A DNA stretch of 64,000 bases from NCBI RefSeq assembly GCF_009914755.1, contig NC_060939.1; one strand, written 5' to 3'. Of the stretch, positions 43,258 through 57,340 are shown in pieces; positions within the stretch are counted from its first letter, which is position 1; each line of letters opens with the position of its first letter. Under the pieces are notes generated by a model, which saw only the letters and a program-made list of their open reading frames with translations, ran no database searches and was not told the DNA's origin. Source of the stretch: the human T2T-CHM13v2.0 reference genome, Homo sapiens. The position numbers and the translations under genes are program-made.

Positions 43258-43284
43258 ATGTTATGCAGTCATTAAAATTTTAGA

Positions 43285-44060
<776 letters not shown>

Positions 44061-44592
44061 ACATGCTTTAGAATCTTTAGCAACAGGAAATTGCTCAGTA
44101 TGGGAGACTTAGTATATAATATTGTTCAGATTTTGTGTAAAATTCTTTGTAAGCTCATGTATAGAAAAAATACTGGAAATGGATTTAAAACACAGACTGT
44201 TAATAGACACCCTCTCTAGGTAAGATTCTGAGTAATTTTCTCTTTCATACTTTTCTGTACTTTCCAAATCTTCTAAGTAAACATGCAATATTTTATAACT
44301 AGAAAATAAAATAAAATTTAAAAACCCGCCACCTAAATCTCTATCCTCATTCCCTGCTTTTTTGATGCAGTAAATAAGCACTTCTTCCTATCTGAAAGTA
44401 GATTGCTTATTTACCTGTTTCCTTGCCTATAGTCTGTTTCCCCAGCAACAGTGTAAATTCCATGAGGGTAGAGGCTTTGTCTTATTCACTTGAACAGTTT
44501 CAGGAACTTTATGGATACTCCATAAACATTCGAGTGAAAAAGAAAGAATCAATGAATGAATGGGTGAATGAACAGAAGATTAGTCATCCTCA

Positions 44593-44930
44593 GTGTCTTA
44601 GTCCATTCCTGCTGCTATAACAAAATACCCCAGACTGGGTAATGAATAAATAATAGAAATGTATTTCTTAGACTTCTTGAGGCTGAGAAGTCCAAGATCA
44701 AGGCACCAGTAGATCTGGTGTGTGATGAAGGCTCACGCTGCTCCTCAGCCAGGTTCTTCTTGCTGCATCCTCACATGCTCCCTTGCACCTTTTATAAGAT
44801 CACTAATCCCACTCGTGAGGGCTCTGGCCAATGAATTAATCCCCTCCTAAAGGCCCTGCCTCTTGATACTTTCACACTGGGAATTAAGTTTCAATACATA
44901 AATGTTGAGGGGACATATTCAGACCATAGC
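44593..44930. mobile_element. MaLR solo LTR (MLT1A/MST-like)
   Basis: TGTCTTAGTCCATT...GCTGCTATAACAAAATACC...AAGTCCAAGATCAAGG...CATATTCAGACCATAGC. Confidence 0.8.
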
Positions 44931-45508
44931 TCTCAGGTTAGGACAGTGGGGATTCCTTTGTCCTGTGCCAACCTGGGGTATCAGCCCTCTTTCTCTCATC
45001 TGTAGCCTGCTCAGGATTGGAAGAAAAAATGTCTCAAGATTAAGAATCTTCAAAATGGAGTAAACCCTGAAATATGTCCATCAAAGTAGGGCTAACAGTT
45101 TGGAAAGTAGTAGATACCATGTCACTTGAAGAGTAATTGAAGGCACTGAGAATGTGTAAGAGAAGATTTAAAGGGGAGAAGAAATGTAGCTGCTTGCAAA
45201 TACTGGAAGTGTAGTCAGGTGGAACCATGAATTTATTCAATAAATATCCAGTGAGCCTCTGCCATGTGCCAGTGACTGACGTAGGTACCAAGAGTACAAA
45301 AAACAGGATTATATAATATGTTTGATTCCAGAGGAAATACCAAGGATAGACTGAGAGAGGTTTGGAAAGGCAGATTTGAATGCATCATAAGGCAGAGAGT
45401 CTCAATCAGCATTTCCTAAGGCACATTTCATGGAACCCTAGGATGTACATTTCTGTTATACGAGAAAAGGATCCAAGGCCCAATAAAGTTTAGAAAATCT
45501 TAAGGTAA

Positions 45509-45822
45509 GGCTGGGTGTAGTGGCTCACGCCTCAATCCCAGAACTTTGGGAGTCCAAGGCAGGTGGATGACCTGAGGTCAGGAGTTCAAGACCAGCCTGG
45601 CCAACATAGTGAAACCCCATCTCTACTAAAAATATGAAATTAGCCGGGTGTGGTGGCGGGCACCTGTAGTCCCGGCTACTCAGGAGGCGGAGGCAGGAGA
45701 ATTGCTTGAACATGTGAGGTGGAGGTTGCAGTGAGCCAAGATTGCACCACTCCAGCCTGGGAGACAGAGTGAGACTCTGTCTCAAAAAAAAAAAAAACAA
45801 AAAAGAAAAAAGAAAAAGAAAA
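45509..45822 (+). mobile_element. AluSx
   Basis: Full dimer with A-rich tail. Confidence 0.9.
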
Positions 45823-45871
45823 TTTTGAGGGGTAGAGTTTTTTCAACTATAGCAGCACAGGACTACTCAGT

Positions 45872-46177
45872 CTTTTTTTTTTTTTTTTTTTTTTATGAGT
45901 CAGGGTCTTGCTGTCACCCACACAGGAGTGTATTGGCACAATCATCTCTCACTGAAGCCTTGAACTCCTGGGCTCAAGTGATCCTCCAGCCTCAGCCTCC
46001 TGAGTAGCTGGGGCTACTGGCATGTGCTACCGTGCCTGGCTATGTTCTTTTTACTTTTGTAGAGATGGAGTCTCACTATGTTGCCCTGGCTGGTCTCAAA
46101 CTCTTGGCCTCAAGCAATCCTCCAACCTCAGCCTTCTGAGTTGCTGGGATTACAAGCGTGAGCCACTGCACCAGGCT
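45872..46177 (-). mobile_element. AluJ
   Basis: T-tail followed by a diverged J-type dimer. Confidence 0.85.
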
Positions 46178-47115
46178 CAGAGTCTTCAATATACTATTGT
46201 ATACTGTAGTCTCCTAAAGAGTGATGTGGCTCCTTTCGCTACATTTTTTGACCACAGGATACTTCTTTTTCTAGGCCTAGAATTTCATGGGATGAGCATT
46301 AGGGAGAGTTATTCTCTACATGACAATATTCACCTTCAGAACAGGAGGCCTGCAAGCACAGATCTACTGCGGCATGCCCCTGAGACACACCTTGGCACCA
46401 CATCCAATGGATGCCCAAGTCTTCATTCTGAACCACTCATATCGACCCAGTCCTCTCACCTCATCTCCCTCACTTCACAATTTTTCCAGCTGCCAGTCTG
46501 CACTCACTCCTTCTTTCCGTCCTTGCTTTGGGCTTAGCTTTAATGAACCATGCCTTGTATTTCTGCTTCTGACTTGAGCTCCACGTAACAGGGATTCTGA
46601 TTTCTTCCCCTAAGCTCCCTGGGGTCACCCTGGGTAAAACTTCCCTGATTCCACTGTTCCATCTAGCTCACTGTACATAGAGGAGGGAGACCCAGACAAG
46701 GAGTAAGCAGTTTCTCACGTCAGGAAGAGCTTGGGGAAAGCTTGGGCTTTCTCATGTTGAAATTCTTACTTGGTCTTATTTTCTGCTACTTCCTTGACAG
46801 GTCTGATTCTGTAATGGCTTCCTGCCAGGCATAATTTTAAATACTTTTGGTACCTGGGAAACCAGCTATTTCTGTAGACTGTATCATCTTATTCATCCTC
46901 ACATGAAACACAGATGCACTGCCACACAGTTGAGAAATCTTTCACACGATGAGATCAAGCCACTCATTGAAGGTCACTGGGCGAGCCTTCTACACTCCAG
47001 TCGCGTGAATAAAAGTGCATAATGAATTGGAAGGTTTGCATAAAATTCCTGTGGGAGAAATTATTGTGACTTTAAACCATACTCCTCAAAGCCCCTCCCA
47101 TTTTTGGCTTCTTAC

Positions 47116-47186
47116 CTTGTAACTTGGGTTCTCATTCCAAAATCCAGTGATCTCATTGATTGCAGCACTTCAACACAGCCCATGTA
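47116..47186 (-). CDS. SHC4: SHC adaptor protein 4, internal coding exon (probably exon 2, 71 nt), PTB domain
   Basis: Reverse complement reads ...cttattgtAG|TAC ATG GGC TGT GTT GAA... = YMGCVEVLQSMRSLDFGMRTQVT(R)|GTAAGA. This is the Shc-family PTB signature with canonical splice sites. Confidence 0.96.
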
Positions 47187-48540
47187 CTACAATAAGAAGA
47201 AAAAAAAGAAGAAGTAGGACAAAAATTCCAAGAAGCTGTCTCTTAGCTTCACGGCAACTTCCTGGGAAGCACCTAAAATCAGCTTCTGCTATCAAGTTAC
47301 ATTTGCACCCTCTGCCTACAACTGTTATTTCTGACTGTTAATGGACACATGCCTAAAGGTTCAATTCAGTTACAAAACACCAGTTAAATCCAAACCATAA
47401 TATAGATAATGCAAGTAACAAAGACAAATGTGGGTTCAGTGGTTAAGATCATGGGCTCTGGGGCCAGATCATGTGAATTTGCATCCTGGCTCTGCTACTT
47501 CTTAGTTATGGAACCTGAACCTCAGCAAGTTAACTTCTGTGCCTCACAGTTTTGTCATTGGTAAAATGGGGATACAATAGGAATTGTTAGGAGAGTGAAA
47601 TTATTTCCTACATATAAATAAAGCTTTTAGAACAACGCCTGGTACATACAAAGGCCTAAATAGTAGAGGAAGCAAAAATAAATGTGAGATAGAGAATACA
47701 GGAATGTCAAATCTTCTAAGTGGATAGAACAAGCATATAAATGCATAGAATACCAAACTTAGTAATATAAGATCTTATCATCCTTTGCAGCTGATTTAAA
47801 TATTAAGGGGGTTCTTGACAGGACAAAAGTCATGTGCTGCATCAGTGATTAGTATGGTTAGCTCGAACACCATGTATTGCAAAGGGAATTGTGACTTATA
47901 AAGCTGAAAGATGGTTTATATTTAGTGTGGCAGCAGTGAGGATCCATGGCAGGCGTGATGCGATTAGATCTGTGTTGGAGGAGGCTTAAGTCAGCGGCAG
48001 TATGAAGGTGGGTTAATGGTGAGGGAATAAGTTAGGATGACCCTGTGGAGAGGGAAGTAACGACAGCCCACACTGAAGAGGGATGGTGTCAATAGGAAGG
48101 ACGGGACAGATTCAAGTGACATCATGGAAACAGATACTACAGAATTCGGCAGTTGATTTGATACGGAGAACAAGAGAGAAGGATGAGTCAAGGATGACTC
48201 ACTCAGATGTTTCCAGCCAGGGTAGCAGAGGGAACAGTGATGCCATCAACAGAAACAGGAAAGCCAGGAGAAGGGAAGATGATGAATTGGTTTGGGAGCT
48301 GTTGACTTAAGGCACCGGTGGGGTATCCAGGAAATAACAGGCTGGCAGCTGAAAATTGGATTCTGGAGACCTGAGAGGATTCAGCCTAGGGACGTGGACT
48401 TAGTAGTCTTCTGTGTAGCTTTGCCAGGTGAGGCTGTGAGAGTCAATCCTCCCAGAAGAGCTTTGGTTGAGGAGGGAGAGTGCTTCTTTGAGAATTGCCT
48501 TAGAAATGTTACTAGAGCTAAGAGGTCCAATTGAAAGTGA

Positions 48541-49129
<589 letters not shown>

Positions 49130-49754
49130 TAGTCACACTCAGTTACACTCCTCTTGGGATCTCTAGTACTGAAACATTTTGGATATTTTACTCTGTCCCC
49201 ATCACACTAGTAAGAAACATTTTGGATATTTTACTCTGTCCCCATCACACGTAACTTCCCAAGCCTTGGGTACCTTAAGGAAGTTGTGTCTAGAGATTTC
49301 TCTTCAACTGTAAGTGTTATTAGGAGAAGAAAGCTAGATATAGGAAGTAGGTTAGAAAGCCCATCTCAGAATTGTCAAGAAAGGAAATTCCAAGCATCCA
49401 AGCTCCACGTCCAGGTGGCATGAAAAGATTGTCCATATGTCTTCACTGACTTCTCTGGCTTTTGGTACCTTCCAGCGCCCTCTTCCACCCCAGAGCCTAG
49501 GTCTTGCGTCCCTATATCCTGCAGTCCTGGCTCTGGAAAGAGTGGACTCCCCACACAGGCTGGAGAGCAGGCCTGGATCCCCTCCAATACCCCCAGGAGG
49601 TCTTGTTGGTGAGGAGGTGGGTATCATCTTTCCCTTTAGCTGTAAATCACCGATTGAAGACAAGGTGATATCAACTGGCCCATCCGTGCACACTTTTTGA
49701 AAAGGTGACCAAGCACCTACATTTTTCACACTCCGCTGTGGTGGTTCTTCAAAA

Positions 49755-50260
49755 CTTTATATCAGATCGTGTTCCTCCACCACATGAAACCCCTGGCATC
49801 TATGATCAAAACAATCTCGTTACTATAAACCCCTAGACCCTGGGGTTCCTGGCCCCAGCTCACCCCTTCAGCTTCATCTGTGTCACTGTCCCCTTACACA
49901 CTTTGCTGCCACATTGGCCTCCTTTCTACTCCTCAAATACACCCCAGCTCTTCCCTGCACTTGACATTCTGTCCGCCTGGCTCTCCTACACAGTTCTGCA
50001 GGACAAACCCCTTCTCATCTTTCAGGTTTCAGTTCAAATGACACACCTCAGAGGCCCCCTCCTGCCACCCTTCATCTCAGCCCCTATTCATCACTGATTG
50101 ATTATTGGTTTACTTGTTAATTTGCTTGTCTAGTACCTCTTTCTATTCCCTTGGCTATAACCACCATAAGATTAAAGATCACAATCACTGCCATATTCCC
50201 TGCAACAGTGCCTAGGATCTGGTGGGCACTCGATAAACACTTGTTGAAAGAATGAATGAA
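49755..50260 (+). mobile_element. L2 3' fragment
   Basis: L2-type TCAGTTCAAATG...CCTCAGAGG and 3' end CAGTGCCTAG...AAACACTTGTTGAAAGAATGAATGAA. Other L2 pieces lie near 44310-44575, 47910-48460, 53150-53830, 54665-55130, 57500-57715, 58190-58390, 61390-61880 and 63480-63880. Confidence 0.65.
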
Positions 50261-51207
50261 GCATCTTTTGTTCAATTCTATTGTACCTTTACAATGAGTG
50301 GGGGCTAGGGCGAGCCGAGGGACGGAGGGAGGTGAAGGCTTGGCTGGTCTCTCCACCCAGGAGTACAAGAGCACCCAGGACTCAGCCTCAGGTGCTACAG
50401 GCCAGAACAACAACGTCTTTGCAAGGTTTCTAGATTTCTCAGCAATGTACTTCATGTTTGTTATTTTTGTTGTTCTTCATTTTGGAGTGGCAACACACAG
50501 CCTAGACCGAGGAGGTTTTGTAGTGAAGTGGGAAGCTGGCAAGAATGTGCCCTACTTCTCAGGCGGGCTATAAGCTGTGGGTGGGAACAGCCCTGGATGA
50601 TAGAGTTGACAGTGGGAACTTTAAAAGGAAAGGAGAGTACAGAACAGAAACAGACATTTCTGTTCAGACAGAAATGTCTGAACAGGAGGGGGACAAAGGG
50701 ACAAACGAAAACAGCTGGAACAAGGACACCCAAGGCTGATCAAGTTTGAGACCCACGTGAGGAGAGTGTCAAAGTGAAGGCTATTCTCAGCCCAGTTATT
50801 AAATAAGTTGCCATTCATTTTGGTTATCAATGAGGAGAGGAATTTTTAGTGTCTTGGGGGTGAGAGGAATTCCTCCACGGTTTCGTTCTTAATCACACTT
50901 CATGGTTATAACCACCTTATCTGCTTCGGACTAAGGCAAGCCCAAGCATTGCTTCGGGATCCCCTTCCCTTCATGTGAACCTCTGTTTTGATTCATACAC
51001 TTGTCTGTCAGCTATGGCACAGGTGACTCCCTGTTGCAGGGAATATGGCAGTGACTGTGATCTTTACTCTTACGGTGGTTATAGCCAAGGGAATAAAAAG
51101 AGGTACTAGACAAGCAAATTAACAAGTAAATCAATAATCAATCAGTGATGAATAGGGGCTGAGATGAAGGGTGGCAGGAGGGGGCCTCTGAGGTGTGTCA
51201 TTTGAAC
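50032..51207. repeat. 177-bp inverted repeat (arms 50032-50208 and 51031-51207)
   Basis: Manual alignment: 172/177 identical, no gaps, 822-bp spacer. Confidence 0.95.
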
Positions 51208-52755
51208 AGAAGTTTCTGGAAAAACATGAGTCATGGCCTGAGATGATTGACAATGAGGACAAGTCCCCTTCCACTGTGGGCATGTGTTGAGAAAACCACA
51301 ACTGATTTTTGCCACAATTACCCCAAAGACAAGAATGGAGTGAGTCTTCCCATTGACTCACACAATCCATTTCACTTAAAAAACACCGTGGTGAGGAAGC
51401 GGGGAGGGGGCGGTGCATAAAAATACTCTGTCCACTTCTTTCTTTAGGTGTTTGATGACTGCATAAGCAGATAGTGGCTGAATATCAAGGCCCGAGAGAG
51501 GAGAAGTTTAGTTTGTTAGCTATAAACTGGAGATGACAATACTTCTCATTCACGTATTAAATGCGGATCTGCATAAGACATGGGCTCTGTTCTTAAGAAA
51601 CCTGGCCCCATTCAGATAGGACAACCATGAAAAGAGATGACCTATCTTTTCTTTTTATGAGATTAGTCATTGTTGCTAACTTTATTTAAGAGATGAGGAA
51701 ATTGAAGCCTATTAAAGAGAAGTGCCTGGCTCAGTTTCATTTATTCACTGGTACTGAATCAGGGTTTATTCTAGAGTCTGCAGTCCATTGCTAGGACCCT
51801 GTATAACAGAAAAAGTGAAAAGAGGAGTTATCCTGCTGGCTGCCACTACCCTCCCTTTGGTCTACCCAGGAACACGGTGAACAGTGTCGAGACGGGGGAC
51901 CACAATGGTAACAGCAGATGTGAATCCAAACTGCTCTGGGAACTGCAGGAGGTGAGACAGAGGACACTCCCTAATTCCCCACCCTGTGGTGAGGAGAGGA
52001 CACTGAAGACCTTTATTTGGAGCCTTACAGGAACAGTGGGAAAGCAGCGGAGCTCAGCGTTGCTCAGACAACCTGCCCATTCAGCCCCCAGCATAGGTTT
52101 ACCTAACTCCCAACTCGCTTCCTCCCTTTATGCCCCAAGGCAGTCATAATATTTTTGTACTGTCTGAGCTTCAACCACTTGCTCCCAGGGAGAGGTGAAC
52201 AGCCTATTTATGGCCATGTGTATCTTGGGCTTTGCTCTCCAGAGAAGAAATTACTGGGATTTTCAGAGGAAAGGAATGATAGTTACTTATGGGAAGTCTC
52301 ATCCTAACTCTCTTACAGAATGATGACTACAAGCACGCTACCTAAAGAAAAAAAAGATACATATTCTTATACTCTTAGAAAGAAGGTCTGCAGGATAATA
52401 AGAAACTAACAGTGGTTGCTTTTGGAAGTGGGAGAGAGGCAGGTTTTTACTTTTTACTTTATACTTTTGTACTGTTTATACAAATAAGTGTAAACATATT
52501 TATTTTTAAAAATAAGTAGTAGTATTAGTTTAGATTTGAAAAATAAAATGAGCAAAGCTCACTACTTCATCTATAAGAACCACAGTTTTATTGAGTAGGG
52601 TGAAATCTCTTTTTATACATGGCTTATTCCCTTTCTCAGAATATACCTGCATCTTGGCTAGGAGTATGGGAGAATATTTTTCAAGAGAAGTTTAAGGCAC
52701 AGGCCCTGCACTTGGTAAGTTTATAATAAGAGTGCTAAGACAAGGAAGAAAATCA

Positions 52756-52929
<174 letters not shown>

Positions 52930-54114
52930 TCAACTATGATATAAGGAGGGTCTGACCTTCATGCAATAAATGTTCAACAATGGTAGAGGCCACCAAAATG
53001 GCAGGAAAACACAGCAGGATATTTCTGCCACCTTTAAATAATTTTTAGTCTTTCCCATTTAAAAAAAATGGGAGAGTAAGAAACAGGGACATTCCCTTCA
53101 TAACCTTGAAACACTGTCTCACTTTCTTCCTTTCACTCATGCCTCAACTCACAATAGTAAAGTTTCTGGCCTCATCACTCTAGTGAAACTGCCTGAGCAA
53201 ACCAACTACTTCCTCAAAGTTCCTTTAGTGAACGATTTTTGTTTTCCTACTCACCTATTGGGGTCACCTACCGCTGTCGACCTTTACTCAATCCCTTCAT
53301 TTTCCTCTGAACTCTCTTCTTTAGCTTTCCTGAGAACATTTTCTCCAATTCCTCATCTTCTCTGACTATTCGTTCTCAGTCTCCTTTGCTAGTTTCTTAT
53401 TTTTTAAAAACAATGGTTCCTTCTCTCCCTATACCAGTGATTCTCAACCCTGACTGCATATTAGAATCACTTGGGAAGTATTAAAAATTCTGATTCCTAG
53501 GTTCTACTCTAGTCTAATAAAATCAGTCTCTAGCATGTACACTCCTTTGCTTTCAATTACTGCCTCATGCTCATGCCACACACATTTTTAGCCCAGGTTT
53601 TCTCCCACCTTCAGATGTGTATTGGCACATGAATATTCTAATTGCATCTCAAATTCAATACATTCAAATTATTCCTCTACTTACATTTCTGATCTAAACC
53701 AATAGTATCACTATCTACCTAATTACATAAACCAGAAAAGTCAACTCTTACTTTTTTTTCAAATCCATCAACCAATCAAGAGGTAAGCCGCATCCTTTCA
53801 ATCTCCCTATCATCGTCATAACTTCCCTGTCTTCTTCCCTGAACTCTGCACACTACCCCCAGCATTTACTATCCAAGTTTAGGCACATTCTTTCTCTCAA
53901 TTGCAATACTGGGGTCTCATCATATTCATGGGCAAAGCATATGAATTCAACTGCATCCATTTGGCAGGCAGAAAGCGAGAGATTAGCCCCTTTGTTATCT
54001 CCTCAGTCTTTCAACCCTACTTGCCAGAGAGTAGGGTAACTATCTGCCCCAGAGAAAGAGTATCTGAATTTATGGAGAGTTAAATAATATCTTGTGTTTC
54101 TGTTTGCAATAATA

Positions 54115-54207
54115 AATGTCTTGTGTTTCTGTTTGCATTTTTGGAGACATACTCTGCCCCAGAGAAAGAGTATCTCTCCATAAATGCAAACAGAAACACA
54201 AGACATT
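54115..54207. repeat. 41-bp-stem hairpin (39/41 paired, 11-nt loop)
   Basis: 54115-54155 is the reverse complement of 54167-54207 with 2 mismatches. Confidence 0.95.
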
Positions 54208-55519
54208 GATTCTGACAATTGATCATCCAGATGCGTGGGAGTTGGAGATTTCAAGGATGATCCAGTGTATTCTTTATTCTGAGTTTTATTCTACTGTTGA
54301 CTTTAGAATATGGCCCTCCCTAAGATGGGGTTTCTGGTGTCCCACCTTTTGAATCTGCCTTTCCCAGTGCAGCCAGCACATTACTAAAACACATATATGG
54401 CATGTTATCATTCCGTCCGATCCCCCAATCATTCTCACTTAAAACACTCCCAAGACCCCCATCCTTAAAGCAGAGCTTCCCAAACTTTAGAGAACTTAAG
54501 AATCACCAGGGAAACTTACAAATCAGATTTTAAAAATAAAATTCCCAGGCTCTGAGAAATTCTTCTTCAGTAAGACTGTGAAACTGCATTTTAATAAGCA
54601 ATCAGGTCCTTCTACTACAGGTTGTCCAGGAATCACACTTTGGAGAAAACACCAGTCTTCAGGAAAAGATCCAGCTTTCTTAGAATGATGTACAGGGCCT
54701 CTCATGATTTGGCTCTTGCTGAACTCTTTAGCCTTTTCCTCCCCGCTTTTGCCCTCTCATTTTGCACTCTGGTCATTTGCCTGAACTCACCATGCTTCAA
54801 AATTCAGAACAACCCCTTCCTTTGCTCCTCCCTCTTGAAATGTCCTTCTTATCCATGTCCATCTTATTAACACCTACTCATCATTCACAAGGAAATGCAA
54901 AGTCACTTCTTTTATGAGATCTCTCCTCTTCTTCCCCATCCCTACCTGCAGCCTTGATCTTCTTTGGGCCCTCTTCTATACTCTGTATGAACTTCTAGCA
55001 GACCTTTAATAAAACTTCCTTTGCTAATATGGAACTACTTCTTGGTCAATGTGTCCGTATCTCTTTTATAGCAAGAATGGTGTCTGTTTCTTCTTTGTAT
55101 CCTCTGTGTAAAGCCTGGATCAACAATATTCTTGAGATGAGCAAGTAAGATATGGCTTGAGGTAACTTTTAAGAAAGAATGGGATATGCATATAAAAAAA
55201 ATCACATTAAGGACTTAAATAATATTAACTGCTCTTTCAAATTGAATCTCATCTAACTTAAATTTCCCAAAAGAATAATCATAAAGGCCAAAAACTCAGT
55301 GCTTAATAATAAAGATATTAATGAGCAAAGTAAACTAGATATAAGAAAGTAGCTAGATTAGGACAAACTTGGAACCATATGGCCTACAAAAAGAACAAGG
55401 CCCAAACCAATCATTCCAGTCCCTCGTTACCATCTGGGAAACCAGACCCTGTGATTTTTCAAAAGAGGTCAGAAATCAGACTTTATTTGTAAGTTTTCCT
55501 GATTTTTAATTCCAGCAAG

Positions 55520-57340
55520 TCACAATGAACAATCCAAAACAAAATTAAGAAAATAATTTCATTTGCAATATGTGATCAAAAAGAATAAAATACTTATGAA
55601 TAAATCTGATAGGATAAGCTTACACTTTGAAAACTGAAAAACATTGTTGAAGGAAATTTAAGAAAAGTGAAATAAATGGAAAAAACATCCCATGTTCATG
55701 GATCAGAAAACTTAATAATGTTAAGATAGTAATACTCCCAAAAGCTGATCTAAAACTTCAGCAGAATCCCTATCAAAATCTCAGATGGCTTCTTTGTACA
55801 AATTGACAAACTGATCCTAAAATTCATGTCTAACTTCAAATTCATGTGTAATTTCCTGACATTCATCTGTAATTTCAAAATAACCAGCACAATCTTGAAA
55901 AAGAACAAAGTTAGAGAATCCGCATGTCCCAATTTCAAAACTTACTGCTCAGCTACACAATCAAGATAATGTGGTACTAGCATAATGATAGACATATAGA
56001 TTAGTAGAATAGAACTGAGTCCAAAAGTAAACCCCTGCATTTACTGTCAATTGAATTTTGACAAAGGTGACAAAAGAATTCAATGGAAAAATGACATTGT
56101 TTTCAACCGATGGCACCAGAGCAATTGTATATAAAAGTTGGACCTCTATCTCATACCATAAGCAAAACATAAACTCAGAATGGTTACAAGACCTAAATAT
56201 AAGAGCTAAAACTGTAAAACTCCTTAAAGAAAACAGTCATAATCACAGGACCTCAGAATAGGCAATGGTTTCTTAGATATGACACCGAAAGCACCAGCAA
56301 CCAAAGGAAATAAATATATAGGTTGGACTTCATAAAAATTAAATTCTTTTGTGCTTCAAATGACACTAAGAAGAAAGTGAAAAAACCACTCAGAGAATGG
56401 GAGAAAATATTTGCAAATGACATATCTGCTAAGAAACTTGCATCTAAAATACATTAAAAAACTCTTACAACCCAATGATAAAAAGACAAATAACCCAATT
56501 TAAAAATGGACAAAAGAACTGAACAGACATTTCTCCAAGAAATATATACAAATAGACAATAAGCACATGAAAAGATGTTCAATATAATTTACCATTGGGA
56601 AATGCAAATCAAAGCCACAGTGAGGTACAACTTCACACCCTCTGGAATGGCTATAATTTAAAATACAAACCAGCAAACTGAAAATAAATGTTGGTGAAGA
56701 TGTGGAGAAACTGGAACCATCATACATTGCTGGTGGGAATACAACATGGTAACACCACTAGGGGAAACAGCTTGGCAGTTTCTCAAACAGTTAAACATAG
56801 AATTACCCATATGACCCAGCAATTCCACTCCTAGAAATATACCCAATAAAATTGAAAGCATATGTCCACACAAAAACTTGCACCTAAATGTTCATAGCAG
56901 CATTATTTATAATAGCCAAAAGGTAGAAATAACCCAAATATCCATCAACTGATGAATGGACAAATAAAAGGTAGTATGTCATGCAATGGAATAGTATTTG
57001 GCAATAAAAAGCGATCAAGTATTGATACATGCTGCAGCATGAATGAACTTTGAAAATATTAATTCTAAGTGAAAAAAGACAATCATAAAAGACTGATTTT
57101 ATTTTATTTATGTGAAATGTCCAGAATAGACAAATTTGTAGAGCTAGAAAGTAGGGCTATGTGGTTTTTGGGGAATGGAGTGTGACCTCTAACAGGTACA
57201 AGGTTTCTTTGGGGGTTGATAAAAATGTTCTGTAATTGGTGATAGTTGCACAACTCTGTGAATATATTAAAAAACCATTGAATTGTATACTTTAAATGGG
57301 TGAATTATATGGTATGTGAATTACATCTCAATAAATCAAT
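55520..57340 (+). mobile_element. Old L1M (L1MB/MC-like), ORF2 3' part and 3' UTR
   Basis: CATCCCATGTTCATGGATCAG..., CCATATGACCCAGCAATTCCACTCCTAG, ends TGAATTACATCTCAATAAA. Confidence 0.85.

Noticed and set aside
46022-46537. 171-aa ORF, and other ORFs over 100 aa such as 13927-14373, 18366-18761 and 48559-48921
   Set aside because: Largely Alu-derived translations, with no independent coding evidence.
55820-55880. Imperfect triple ATTCAT..TAA repeat inside L1M
   Set aside because: An old slippage duplication within a dead repeat, with no sign of function.
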